NCBI GenBank assembly: GCA_019704295.1
Contig: AP024596.1
Span: 288,001 to 352,000, forward strand
Length of the DNA: 64,000 bases
DNA from: Sulfolobales archaeon HS-7
GTDB taxonomy: Archaea; Thermoproteota; Thermoprotei_A; Sulfolobales; Sulfolobaceae
Direction of reading: 5' to 3'
Made by a program: the position numbers and the translations under genes
The notes under the pieces: model-generated
What the model was told of the DNA's origin: nothing
Database searches by the model: none
What the model saw: only the letters and a program-made list of their open reading frames with translations
Shown: one piece after another, positions 20,895 through 31,070 of the stretch
How positions within the stretch are numbered: the stretch's first letter is position 1
Layout: every line of letters starts with the position of its first letter

Positions 20895-21131
20895 GGGCAA
20901 TTCAGGTTCCCATTGCGAATTGTAATTATTTTTAATGGGGATTAAATAAAGGAAATCATTAGGTGCGAATCTCTACTTAGTCCATATGATTAGATTCAAT
21001 CAAATTCATTCAATTCTTCTCAATAAACTAAACCAATAAAGAATAAGTGAGCGGCGTGATGCGGTAATATTAATTAAATTCATCACAGTTCTTTGAATAA
21101 ACTAAATTAGTAAAGGATCCATGAATGGCCT
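20895..21131. mobile_element. Putative 237-bp MITE with IS256-like termini
   Basis: Starts GGGCAATTCAGGTTCCCATTGCGAATTGTAAT and ends ATCCATGAATGGCCT (compare the IS end GTGAATGGCCC); non-coding; homologous to 17745-17904 in inverted orientation. Confidence 0.5.
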
Positions 21132-21559
21132 GACTTAAACTTCATAATTTATGATTAGAGAATGTACTTTTAGGCGTACTTAGCAGGCATGTAACAAGTC
21201 ATTAAGTTTTCATTGAATCTAAGGCATATTAGTATATTCTAAATGGTCAATTATTTACCTGTACGTTAACAAAACTCAGTACGTATTAATATTGAATGAA
21301 CAATAAATGTAATTCACCTTATAAACTAAATTTTTATTGAATAGAGTATCGCAGAACATAATTGGAGGGGTAATACTTAAGCGGGATTACGCGTAGGTTA
21401 TATTTTGGTCATGATTTAATATCACGTAATACTCCAGCAGGACTTAGGTCGGAAGAGTAAATATCTTTTGTAAGGAATTTCTAAGTGAGTTAAAGGATGT
21501 ATTTAGCAGGGATTTCAAGAGCCTCAAGTTTTCCAAGTACAAACCTTTGACTTTCTCCC

Positions 21560-21715
21560 ACGGGGAAAACGCGTACCACTAATGATGAATACAGCAAGTC
21601 CCTACAATGGTTAAGTCTAAAGAGATCCAAGTTGGTCAAGGCTAAGAACGTCAAGGATTACGAGGTGGACGTAAGTAGCATTTTGAATTCGCTGTTCCCA
21701 TAACTGTGTTAGAGG
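21560..21715 (+). mobile_element. Unclassified IS-like 3' remnant
   Basis: Encodes TGKTRTT..YSKSLQ..KNVKDYEVDVSSILNSLFP* then CTGTGTTAGAGG; homologous to 40230-40384. Confidence 0.6.
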
Positions 21716-21730
21716 CAAAGCATATAATGC

Positions 21731-21849
21731 ATCGAAAATTTCGAAATTATCCTCAGATATATTCAATAAATTAATTGAATAAATTTAATTCTAGATAAAC
21801 GTGTTTTATAACTTTTAGTTTATTTAGTTATTCACATTAATTACACATT
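21731..21849 (+). repeat. Degenerate direct repeat, right copy (partner 9065-9202)
   Basis: Exact 16-mer TTTAATTCTAGATAAA plus collinear flanking blocks. Confidence 0.55.
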
Positions 21850-22025
21850 GAAAATTGTCGCGAGGACTCCTGAAACTAGGTTCGGTAGCTTACGGAAGGG
21901 AGGTTCTCATCGTATACCGCAATTCTGTGAATAATGCTCTTTTACCCGAGGTCTAAGATGAGTTAAGGTTTTCGTGCCTAAACATTTCCATGAAGGACAT
22001 CACTGACTCACGCTTCCCCTCCAAG

Positions 22026-23660
22026 TTAAGGTGCTTGTTTATATAGAACTCCTGCCCAGTATCCCCTTCCAATAGCCTTTCCTATCGTTGGCTGATCTCT
22101 CCTCCTTTCGCTTATGATTACGTCCGCATCCACTTTCTGCGAAATTACCTTTACTCCGATTTTTGAATATTCCGATGTCAACAAATGTCTTCTGGTTTGA
22201 TCTAATTCCCTCAAGCTGTTTTCGGTAATGTACACATCGTTCCTCTCGCTCCACACAAAGGCATAGTCCTGATAGGCGTAGACGTTAGAGTCAATTAGAA
22301 TTCTCTTACCTGAGTACTCTACGAAGGGCGGGGATTTAGGAGAGGACGTCATATCTAGGCTGTTTTCGGTAACATCTCTCTTACTGTTGAGGTGAACTAT
22401 TACCCCTAACCTTTCGATCTCCGCTTTATAGTAATCAATAAGTTCGTGGAATTCCCTCTTTTTCCAAGGATCCATGAAGAACCTAAACTCCCCTCCTAGG
22501 TCGTCCTCCATTTCATAGAGGGATACCGAGAATCCCCTTTTCGCTAGTGTTATAGACGCCTCAAGACCCGCTATACCGCCGCCGATCACATCAACCTCTC
22601 CTCTTCCTGAAGGTAGCGGGATGGATTCCCATCCAAGTCTAGGGTTAACATCACATCCCACTTCTCTGAAGAGGAACCCCCTGCACAGCTGATTACATCT
22701 TATGCATGGTCTCACGGGTAGGTTAAACCTCACCTTCCTTACCCAATCTGGTTCCGCAAGGAGCTGTCTGCCGATAACTACAGCGTCCGCAAGTTCAAGG
22801 ACTTTCTCAGCGTCTTTTTCCGTTTTAACCGAGCCCACTACGAACAAGGGAATTCCCGGTCTTCCGAACTTCTTAACCTCCTCAAGAAATGCAGGTTCTC
22901 TGTAGTAAAACGGCATTGACGAACCGAGAGGACCGTCTCTCCCCGCTGAAAGGTGGACGTAATCGAGATCCAGCCTGTCGACGATCTTCCTCGCCATCTC
23001 CGGGGTTATCCCGTCGTCAAATTCAGTTACGCTTAACCTCATTCCCAGTGGTAGGGACACGACCTCTCTAATTCTCTTAATGAGTTCTTGAACGAATACC
23101 ACACCGTCGGAGTATTTATCCCTCCTCTTATTGGTAACCGGACTTAGGAATTGAGCTATCAAATACCCGTGAGCTCCATGGAGCTCTATACCGTCAAAGC
23201 CTGCTGACTGAGCCCTCCTTGAAGCCTGAGCGAAGTCCTCGATAACCCTGTCTATGTCTTCCTTAGTCATTTCCCTAACTTCGTCCATAAGCTTTATTGG
23301 TGAGGGGGCAATTGGCGTTGAATTAATCAGTGGTCTTCTCGTCTTCCTCCCTACGTGAACGAGTTGAGTGAAGATCCTAGTTCCTGCGTCGTGAACTGCC
23401 TTAGTTAGCCTATAGAACTTAGGGACTAAGGTATCATCATACAATCCTAGTTGATTTGCAGAACCTCGGGAATCGACGCTGTTCACGTAAGTGTACTCGG
23501 TTATGAGAAGTCCTACATCACTTCTCTCTCTAAAATAGGAGATTAAGGAGTCAGAGGGATACCCCTGCGGAGTACCTAGGTTAGTTATCATAGGGGACAT
23601 TACTACCCTATTCTTTAGTGTTATCCCCCCTACGTTAAGGGTTTGGAATAACAAACTCAT
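22026..23660 (-). CDS. NADH:flavin oxidoreductase (old yellow enzyme / dienoyl-CoA reductase-like, with Fe-S motif)
   Basis: LKNRVVMSPM, ELHGAHGYLIAQFLSP, CIRCNQLC..C Fe-S motif and GGGIAG. Confidence 0.9.
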   Translation of the reverse strand: MSLLFQTLNVGGITLKNRVVMSPMITNLGTPQGYPSDSLISYFRERSDVGLLITEYTYVNSVDSRGSANQLGLYDDTLVPKFYRLTKAVHDAGTRIFTQLVHVGRKTRRPLINSTPIAPSPIKLMDEVREMTKEDIDRVIEDFAQASRRAQSAGFDGIELHGAHGYLIAQFLSPVTNKRRDKYSDGVVFVQELIKRIREVVSLPLGMRLSVTEFDDGITPEMARKIVDRLDLDYVHLSAGRDGPLGSSMPFYYREPAFLEEVKKFGRPGIPLFVVGSVKTEKDAEKVLELADAVVIGRQLLAEPDWVRKVRFNLPVRPCIRCNQLCRGFLFREVGCDVNPRLGWESIPLPSGRGEVDVIGGGIAGLEASITLAKRGFSVSLYEMEDDLGGEFRFFMDPWKKREFHELIDYYKAEIERLGVIVHLNSKRDVTENSLDMTSSPKSPPFVEYSGKRILIDSNVYAYQDYAFVWSERNDVYITENSLRELDQTRRHLLTSEYSKIGVKVISQKVDADVIISERRRDQPTIGKAIGRGYWAGVLYKQAP

Positions 23661-23706
23661 TTCACAGTGCTTCTAGCTCAAAGTTAAAAGGTTTAGGACT
23701 TGTAAT

Positions 23707-25296
23707 TCAACTGGTCATTTTCCTGAGTTCCTTCTTATCTATTTTATTGGTAGAAGTCAGTGGAAGGCTTTGGACGAATATAAAGTCGTCAGGAATCCAC
23801 CACTTCTGGATCTTCCCCTGTTCAGCGAGGTTCTGTAGGAAATTCCTTAAATCCTCCTTAGAAATTGACCCCTTTGGCACGATAAACGCTACAGGTCTCT
23901 CCCCCCACTTCTCATCCTTCTTCCCTATTACAGCTACCTGCCCGACAGACGGATGTGAGGAAATCGCGCTCTCTAAGAGGATTGATGGTATGAACTCTCC
24001 TCCGCTTTTTATAGCGTCCTTCTCCCTATCGACTATATGCAGGTAACCGTACTTATCGAGGAAGCCTAGATCTCCTGTGTGTAGCCATCCCCCTGCCCAT
24101 AACCTCTCGGTCTTCTCCGGATCCTTAAAGTACTCCGTTGCAGTCCAAGGTGCCCTGACTACTATTTCTCCTATTTCCCCTGTCTTCTCAGGTTCCATTG
24201 AGGAGTTAACGATTTTTAATTCAACGAATGGTAGCGGAGTACCTGCAGTTATCTGTTCGGCAAATCTCACCTTTTCCTCCTCATTAATTACCTGGGCGTT
24301 ATAAGTACCTAAAGTAAGTACCGGACAGGTTTCAGACAGTCCGTATCCGCCAATTACAGTTATGCCCATTTGTTTTGCCGTATTTGCTAAACCCTCAGGC
24401 AAGGCCGAACCTCCTATCACTACCTTCCATTTCTTTAGGTGGTTAACGTATTTACCCACTTCCTCGTGCGAGAGAATCATGTAGAGTATCGTAGGTACCA
24501 TAGCTGAGTAGGTTACATTGTATTTGCCTATTAATTCGAGTTCCGCTTTAGGGTCGTACCTACCGGGGAGAACATATGCTGAACCCGTCATCATGAAGAT
24601 ATATGGATGTCCCCAGGAGTGGACGTGAAACATCGGAACTAAAATCATGTAAACGTCGTTATTGTTTAAGTTTAACGGGGGTCGAGTTCCCGCAAGGGCT
24701 ACCGCTTCAGCGTGGTAAATTAGCTGTTTGTGAGTAAACCAGACGCCCTTAGGTTCCCCTGTAGTTCCTGAGGTGTAAAATATCGTTGCCATATCGTTCT
24801 CAGACACGTCAGGACTGTTAAGGGGTTCCTCGTTAAGGAGTTCCCAGAAATTAGTTGGATTAAGTGGACTCTTTGGAGTTTCCTTACTCTCACTGTAGGC
24901 TATGAGTCCTACGGACTTTAGGTAATCCTTACCCTTTTCTAGGAGTGGGAGGAACTCATCCCTCACGATGATCCATCTGTCTTCGGCGTGTAGCATCGTT
25001 TTCAGTATTAATTCCGGAGGATAACGGATGTTTACCGTGTGTAGAACGCCTCCCGACAATGGTACTCCATAATAACTTAGGAGATATACGTCCGTATCCC
25101 AGTCAATTACCGCCACTCTGTCTCCCCTCTTTACCCCGAGTTTTCTTAAGCTATTAGCCAACGCTAATGCCTTCTCCCTGAATTCCGAGAAGGTGTATTC
25201 CCTTAGATCTCGGTAATAGATCTTCTGAGATGGGAAGGTCTCTGCACCTGTATTCAGGACCTTTTCCAATGTTAATTCGAATTTAAAAGCTCGCAT
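23707..25296 (-). CDS. Medium/long-chain fatty-acid--CoA ligase
   Basis: YTSGTTGEPKG, GYGLSET, HTGD and DREKDAIKSGGE AMP-binding motifs. Confidence 0.93.
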   Translation of the reverse strand: MRAFKFELTLEKVLNTGAETFPSQKIYYRDLREYTFSEFREKALALANSLRKLGVKRGDRVAVIDWDTDVYLLSYYGVPLSGGVLHTVNIRYPPELILKTMLHAEDRWIIVRDEFLPLLEKGKDYLKSVGLIAYSESKETPKSPLNPTNFWELLNEEPLNSPDVSENDMATIFYTSGTTGEPKGVWFTHKQLIYHAEAVALAGTRPPLNLNNNDVYMILVPMFHVHSWGHPYIFMMTGSAYVLPGRYDPKAELELIGKYNVTYSAMVPTILYMILSHEEVGKYVNHLKKWKVVIGGSALPEGLANTAKQMGITVIGGYGLSETCPVLTLGTYNAQVINEEEKVRFAEQITAGTPLPFVELKIVNSSMEPEKTGEIGEIVVRAPWTATEYFKDPEKTERLWAGGWLHTGDLGFLDKYGYLHIVDREKDAIKSGGEFIPSILLESAISSHPSVGQVAVIGKKDEKWGERPVAFIVPKGSISKEDLRNFLQNLAEQGKIQKWWIPDDFIFVQSLPLTSTNKIDKKELRKMTS

Positions 25297-25394
25297 AAAG
25301 CCTTAGTCGAGTCTAATATTAAAAAATTTCCTAACTATATATAAAAATTTTCGTTGTCAAGGAAGTTTTTTAAGTGCTTAAGAGATATATCTTC

Positions 25395-26594
25395 ATGGTA
25401 GCACCGTTTAGGGATTCGGAGACGTTTAGCGTAACGGTCTCCGAGGACCATGAATTATTTAGAAGGAGCGTAAGGGAATTTCTGGAAAGAGACGTAATGC
25501 CATACGTGGAGAAAGGGGAAAGAGAGGGAACAATACCGGAAGAAGTCCTACAGTCGATAAATCAGATGGGCCTAACGGGCATTTCAATACCTAAAGAATA
25601 CGGAGGTCAGGGAGGGGACATGCTCTCAACTGTAATACTTACTGAGGAAATAACTAGGGTATGGCCTTCTCTAGCGGCTAGACTCGGAATAGTATCGCTA
25701 TTTTCCATTCCTATACTTTTACACGGTACGGAGGAGCAGAAGAAAAGGTACATCCCCCCAGTTGCAAAGGGAGAGAAGACTCCTGCTTTAGCGAACACAG
25801 AACCAACCGGAGGTTCAGACGTTGCCGGTATGAAATCCCTAGCAAAGAGGATAAACGATCATTACGTAATCAACGGCAGGAAGATATTCATAACTAACGG
25901 AGGAATAGCGGATTATTACGTGGTTACAGCCAGGACTTCGCCTCCAGGAGATAAAAGGTGGAAGGGAATATCTATGTTTATAGTAGAAAGGGAAATGCCG
26001 GGCGTCAAGGTTGTGGGGAGAATTGAAACCATGGGGTTAAAGTCGTCAAACACTGCGGAATTAGCCTTCGAAGAGGTAAAAGTTCCGGCTGAGAACTTAA
26101 TTGGAGAAGAGGGAATGGGATTTATGTACGCAATGGAGACATTCGATGGGAGTAGGCCGGGAGTTGCAGCGCAGGGGCTTGGGGTTGCTCAGGCAGCAGT
26201 TGAGAAAATGGCAAGTTACGCCATACAGAGAAGTGCCTTCGATGCCCCACTCATATCTTACCAAATGGTACAGGAGAAAATTGCGGAGTCTTTAACCGAG
26301 ATATCAGCGGCTAGACTTCTAACTTACTGGGCTGCCACACTCCATGATAAGGGACGAAAGGACGAGGCGATCATTGCCTCCTCTATGGCTAAATATTTCG
26401 CAACTGAGGTGGCAGAGAAAATCGTATTGAGAGCTATATCAATACACGGCGGATATGGGGTTACAACTTCTACAGGTGTGGAAAGACTCCTACGAGACAT
26501 TGAAATTATGAAGATCTACGAAGGGGCTAACGATATTCAAAAACTAGTAATAATTAGGGAGACTGCAAGGAGACTTCTTGGAATAAAAATGTGA
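25395..26594 (+). CDS. Acyl-CoA dehydrogenase
   Basis: [23 protein letters not shown] and IYEGANDIQ motifs; the ATG at 25395 is preferred over the GTG at 25374. Confidence 0.93.
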   Translation: MVAPFRDSETFSVTVSEDHELFRRSVREFLERDVMPYVEKGEREGTIPEEVLQSINQMGLTGISIPKEYGGQGGDMLSTVILTEEITRVWPSLAARLGIVSLFSIPILLHGTEEQKKRYIPPVAKGEKTPALANTEPTGGSDVAGMKSLAKRINDHYVINGRKIFITNGGIADYYVVTARTSPPGDKRWKGISMFIVEREMPGVKVVGRIETMGLKSSNTAELAFEEVKVPAENLIGEEGMGFMYAMETFDGSRPGVAAQGLGVAQAAVEKMASYAIQRSAFDAPLISYQMVQEKIAESLTEISAARLLTYWAATLHDKGRKDEAIIASSMAKYFATEVAEKIVLRAISIHGGYGVTTSTGVERLLRDIEIMKIYEGANDIQKLVIIRETARRLLGIKM

Positions 26595-28040
26595 TCAGAG
26601 TTCTAGTGAGATTAGTTTAGACTCAGTCATGCCAAGAATGGTGTTCCTCACACCTTCCTTATTTCCAAGTCCGCTCATTTTAACGCCACCGAACGGGAGT
26701 GCATCCCATCGAAGCCTAGTGGAGTTGTTAATCATTACTGCTCCGAACTCCATCTCCTGAGCTACTCTTAAACCTCTCCTTACATCAGCCGTAAACATCG
26801 ACGATTGTAACCCGTAGTGAGTGGAATTGGCGATTTCGACTGCCTCCTCCTCAGTGCTGAATTTCGCAATGGGGGCTATGGGTCCAAAAACCTCCTCCTT
26901 CATGGAGGAAAGTGAAAGGTCAGCGTTTACAATAATCGAGAGTGGGAAATAATACCCCTTTGAAGGTGGATTCTGCAGCCTCAATATCGTCTTTCCCTTC
27001 TCCTCCGCGTCCGTAACGAATTTCCTCATGCTCTCCACTGCGTCCTTGGAGATCAGAGGACCAACGTCTGTTTCCTCAGAAAGGGCGTCTCCAACTCTAA
27101 ATTTAGCAACCTCTGTTCTGTAAAGCTCTACGAACTTGTCGTAAATCTTCTCATGTACAATAATCCTCTTTCCCGCATTGCAGTTCTGTCCCGCATACTC
27201 GAACCTAGCCTTGGCGATTATAGGAACGGCTTTCGAGAGATCTGCGTCGTCAAATACAATAACTGGATCTGAACCGCCCATTTCCATCATTATTTTCTTT
27301 CCTGTTAGAACGGCCTTTGACGCTATCTCAGTTCCCGTCACTGTGGAACCTGTAAAGGTTATTCCTGCGACTCTCATGTCCTTGATCAACGGCTCCGCTA
27401 CCACCTTGGAGGGTCCTACGAGCACGCTTAGAACTCCCTTTGGTAGTCCTGCCTCGTACAGTATTTTACCCATCTCAATTGCTGAAAGGGGAGTAAGCGT
27501 TGATGGCTTAACTATAATTGTATTTCCAGCCATAATATTGGGGGCGACTTTATGAGCGAAACTGTTTGCAGGGAAATTAAACGGAAGTATGGCTAACACT
27601 ACTCCTATAGGTTCCCTAACCTCCATGACTATTCTGTTTTCGTTACCAGGGGGATACTCATAAGCGTCGACCCTGTGAACTTTCCCCTCAAGGACGAACC
27701 TGGTCTCTTCGGCAGCTATCCTAAACACAGAGATGGCCCTTAAAATCTCTACACGAGAGTCCTTTATCGGTTTCCCGGCCTCCATGGCAAGAACTCTGGC
27801 TAAATGTTCCCTTTTTTCCTCAATGATCTTAACTGCGTTTAGTAAAATCTTTGCCCTATCCTTTAATGACGTTCGCTTGAACTTGTGAAATGCCGAAATT
27901 GCCTCCTCTAGTGCCTTCTCCGCCACAGATTCGGAAGTAATTGAGGAAACCTTCTCGAAGGGTTCCCCTGATGACGGATTAACCACCTCTAAGTAGTTGG
28001 TGTCCTGAACCTCTTCTCCTGCTAAAATGTATCCTTTCAT
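26595..28040 (-). CDS. NAD(P)-dependent aldehyde dehydrogenase
   Basis: PFNFP, FTGS, MEMGG, GQNC and EEVFGP motifs. Confidence 0.94.
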   Translation of the reverse strand: MKGYILAGEEVQDTNYLEVVNPSSGEPFEKVSSITSESVAEKALEEAISAFHKFKRTSLKDRAKILLNAVKIIEEKREHLARVLAMEAGKPIKDSRVEILRAISVFRIAAEETRFVLEGKVHRVDAYEYPPGNENRIVMEVREPIGVVLAILPFNFPANSFAHKVAPNIMAGNTIIVKPSTLTPLSAIEMGKILYEAGLPKGVLSVLVGPSKVVAEPLIKDMRVAGITFTGSTVTGTEIASKAVLTGKKIMMEMGGSDPVIVFDDADLSKAVPIIAKARFEYAGQNCNAGKRIIVHEKIYDKFVELYRTEVAKFRVGDALSEETDVGPLISKDAVESMRKFVTDAEEKGKTILRLQNPPSKGYYFPLSIIVNADLSLSSMKEEVFGPIAPIAKFSTEEEAVEIANSTHYGLQSSMFTADVRRGLRVAQEMEFGAVMINNSTRLRWDALPFGGVKMSGLGNKEGVRNTILGMTESKLISLEL

Positions 28041-28159
28041 AATGTACCTCTTATCCTAGGGAATATAATTTTACTGCAGACAGAGTTGTAGAACCTATCC
28101 GTACAATACCAGGTACCTGCGCTTTCCACACTAAAACTTAGTTATTTTTTAGCTTGTGA

Positions 28160-28921
28160 TCACCTTCCCTTAAATACAGGTTCTCTTTTCTCAAGAAAAG
28201 CCCTTAGCCCTTCCTTAAAGTCCTCTGTCCGACTTAAGTAATCCTGTAATAACGCCTCGTACTCCAAGAACTCCTCGAAATCTCTAAAAGCCGTCTGATT
28301 TATCATTCTCTTAGCTGCGATAAAGGCCCTTGCTGGTCCGGAAGATATCCTTTTGGCAAGCGCTAAAGCCTCACTAACGGGATCGTCAACTACCTTACCT
28401 AAGCCCCCCCTTTCCAATTCCTCATCGCTTATTTCGCCTCCCTCAAGAACATACTTGGTGAATTTGGGACCACCTAACTTGTAGAGAATATATGCCGCCC
28501 CAGAATCTGGCGCCAATCCCAATTTCTGAAATGCCGTAGAGAACTTGGTTCCCCTTTTGATCAATACGTAATCTGAGACTAGGGCAAAGCTTATGCATGC
28601 ACCTGCAGTTATTCCGTTAACAGCTGCAATGTAAATCTTGTCGCTGTACCTGATTAACTTCACTATTTTATGAAAGGTCTTTCTAAGGTCTTCTGCAATA
28701 TCCTGTGCCATCTCCCTTACGTCGGCACCCACGCAGAAAGCCCTTCCCTCACCAGTTAGGATCACCGCGGGAACTTCGCTTCTATTTGACCTTTCCAGTG
28801 CGTCTATTAGCTCAGTTCTCATTTGAAGATTCAGCGCATTAAGCTTCTCCTGTCTGTTCATCCTTATGAGTATTGCCCCTTCCTTTTCTTCAGTTGTGAC
28901 GAACAAGGAATTCACCCCCAT
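28160..28921 (-). CDS. Enoyl-CoA hydratase/isomerase
   Basis: KLNAL, GRAFCVGAD, AAVNG, GLAPDSG and AFLEKREPVFKG motifs. Confidence 0.92.
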   Translation of the reverse strand: MGVNSLFVTTEEKEGAILIRMNRQEKLNALNLQMRTELIDALERSNRSEVPAVILTGEGRAFCVGADVREMAQDIAEDLRKTFHKIVKLIRYSDKIYIAAVNGITAGACISFALVSDYVLIKRGTKFSTAFQKLGLAPDSGAAYILYKLGGPKFTKYVLEGGEISDEELERGGLGKVVDDPVSEALALAKRISSGPARAFIAAKRMINQTAFRDFEEFLEYEALLQDYLSRTEDFKEGLRAFLEKREPVFKGR

Positions 28922-29445
28922 GGTTCAAATTCGTAGGTAAGATAACCCTCTGGGTCCCTTTCAACTACATTTAGCTTTACCCTCTCCCCCACTTTAGGTT
29001 GATCTTTACCTCTGTACCATGCCGTTACGTTAACGCCGTTACTCATTCTCGCCACTACTACGTAATAGTCAGGGTAATGTGAGAACGATACGGGCTTTAC
29101 GAATATCTTAGTAAATGCCACTACCTCCCCTTCAGCGGGCATTTCAATCCACTCAAGATCGGAAGACCTACACTTGGAACAGTCGGCTTGAGGGGGGAAG
29201 TAAATCGCACCGCATTTAGGACATTTAGTTGCCATAACCTTCCCCTTACCCAGGCCCTCATAGAACTTGTAAATTTTCTTTACTGGAATCTGATATCGGA
29301 GGTCTAATTCCCTTACGTCCACCCATAAGGGAGAACCGTTTTTATCCGTTATTATTGGAAGTTTGGTGATCTTAACGAGCTGATCAAGTTGGGTTAGGGA
29401 TTTGTCGATTTCCTCCTGAATCCTTCTCCTGGTGTCGGTTATCAA
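28912..29445 (-). CDS. DUF35 Zn-ribbon/OB-fold protein (thiolase partner)
   Basis: CPKCG..FPP..CSKC followed by an OB fold; overlaps the thiolase stop. Confidence 0.9.
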   Translation of the reverse strand: MITDTRRRIQEEIDKSLTQLDQLVKITKLPIITDKNGSPLWVDVRELDLRYQIPVKKIYKFYEGLGKGKVMATKCPKCGAIYFPPQADCSKCRSSDLEWIEMPAEGEVVAFTKIFVKPVSFSHYPDYYVVVARMSNGVNVTAWYRGKDQPKVGERVKLNVVERDPEGYLTYEFEPWG

Positions 29446-30659
29446 TTTCCTGGCCTCCTTGTAGAGTATATCGTTACGTAGGCGTAATGACCAGTTCCTC
29501 CTACATTATGAGATAATGCCCTTCCGTTCCTAATGGTAGCCTGAGTACCTTTAGGAGCTCTCCCCAGTAATTGCCTTGCCATGGAGACGGCCATGCTGAC
29601 GCCAGTAGCTCCTATCGGATGTCCTTTCGCCTTTAACCCTCCGTCAACATTTACGGGTATTTTACCCCCTATCTTCGTCTGACCTTCCCTAATTAGCTTA
29701 ACGCCTTCTCCCCTGTTCGCGAACCCCAGATCCTCGTACGCGAGTATTTCCGCTATAGTAAAACAGTCGTGAACATCTGCTACGTCCATGGACTTCCAAG
29801 GTTCTGAGTCATCGATCTTCGCCCTCTTGTACGCCTCTTTGGCCGCAATCCTAGCGGCTTCAATTGAGGTAAAGTCGTCTCTCCTGCTTAAGTTTGCAGA
29901 ACCTGACGCAGCAGCCTGAGCTTCTATCCATATCGGACTATCCGTATATTTCTTAACTACCTCTTCGGACGCTAAAACCACGGCTGCTGCACCATCGGTA
30001 ATTGGTGAAGAGTCCAGAAGCTTTAAGGGATAAGCGACCATCCGGGACTTAAGGTATTCCTCCATTGTAATCTCCTTTCCGTAAAACTGTGCGTAGGGGT
30101 TCATTGATCCATAATGATGATTTTTGATTGCAACTAAACCTAGATCTTCCTCCTTTGCACCGTACTTAGCCATATACGCTGTGGCGTAAAGCGCGTAATA
30201 ACCAGGAAAAGTAAGACCTGAGTTCTCAAACTCCCAGAAGTAGTTTCCCGCTCTTCCTATTAATTCAACTACAGTAGGGTTTGGGGATTGATGCATTTGT
30301 TCCACACCTATAGCTATGGCAATGTCAACCTCTCCCGATTTTATTGCCAAATAGGCGTCCCTCAATGCGGCGCTCCCTGTGGCACACGCAGCCTCAACCC
30401 TCATAGTGCCCTTTGGGTTAAGACCGCAGTATTCGCCAACGACTATTGCTGGAAGATTTTCGGAACTCCATGCCCCCGCATTTCCTACTGTAAAGAATTC
30501 CACGTCTTTTTGTTCAACACCAGATTCCTCTAAAGCCTGAGATACTGCTTCCCACGCAAGTTCCTGCATGTTTACGTCTGTTCTAACTCCAAACTTTGAG
30601 TGCCCTGTACCTATAATTGCTACATTTCTAGTCATAATTAAATATCGAATAGGCGACAT
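29442..30659 (-). CDS. Acetyl-CoA C-acyltransferase (SCP2-type thiolase, catalytic motifs intact)
   Basis: EAACATG, HDCF, GHPIGATG and HNVGG motifs; start may be at MTRNV. Confidence 0.93.
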   Translation of the reverse strand: MSPIRYLIMTRNVAIIGTGHSKFGVRTDVNMQELAWEAVSQALEESGVEQKDVEFFTVGNAGAWSSENLPAIVVGEYCGLNPKGTMRVEAACATGSAALRDAYLAIKSGEVDIAIAIGVEQMHQSPNPTVVELIGRAGNYFWEFENSGLTFPGYYALYATAYMAKYGAKEEDLGLVAIKNHHYGSMNPYAQFYGKEITMEEYLKSRMVAYPLKLLDSSPITDGAAAVVLASEEVVKKYTDSPIWIEAQAAASGSANLSRRDDFTSIEAARIAAKEAYKRAKIDDSEPWKSMDVADVHDCFTIAEILAYEDLGFANRGEGVKLIREGQTKIGGKIPVNVDGGLKAKGHPIGATGVSMAVSMARQLLGRAPKGTQATIRNGRALSHNVGGTGHYAYVTIYSTRRPGN

Positions 30660-31070
30660 TTAACGCTATTCCGCTGCACTGACACCTTCATTCCGAGTTA
30701 GGCTTTTCCCCTAATTTTACGTAACTGTCATTGTCAGTCGTAATATGTCCTTGCCTAACTTAAAATCCCTCGATTAGACGTTACCTGAACCCTAAAACAG
30801 TGAAGATGCTATATTCCTTAAGGGTTTCACGCGGTTATAATGAAAGACTTTTTAATCCTACAAATTTGCTAATCCTACAAATTTGCCAAGGTGAGTTTAA
30901 CTCTAACGTAACTTCCTAAAACCTTGAAGTTAATCACCTAGTATCAGTTCATCTAATTTTAGAGTTATGAAATCCGGACGGTTGGAGGATAAGGAGTCTA
31001 AGGACTTGTTAAGGGAATGAACGAGGGTAAAATCCTTCTTCTATTGAAAAAATATTAGTGAGGAGGGGTT

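Noticed and set aside
15519-21131. Reading the repeated ATTCRC-N9-GTGAAT motif as dif/attC-like recombination sites of a gene-cassette array
   Set aside because: Two copies sit exactly at the ends of an IS256-like transposase relic in inverted orientation and no recombinase gene is present, so terminal inverted repeats are the simpler explanation
30853-30886. Perfect 17-bp tandem duplication TAATCCTACAAATTTGC x2
   Set aside because: Only two copies with no context; most simply replication slippage
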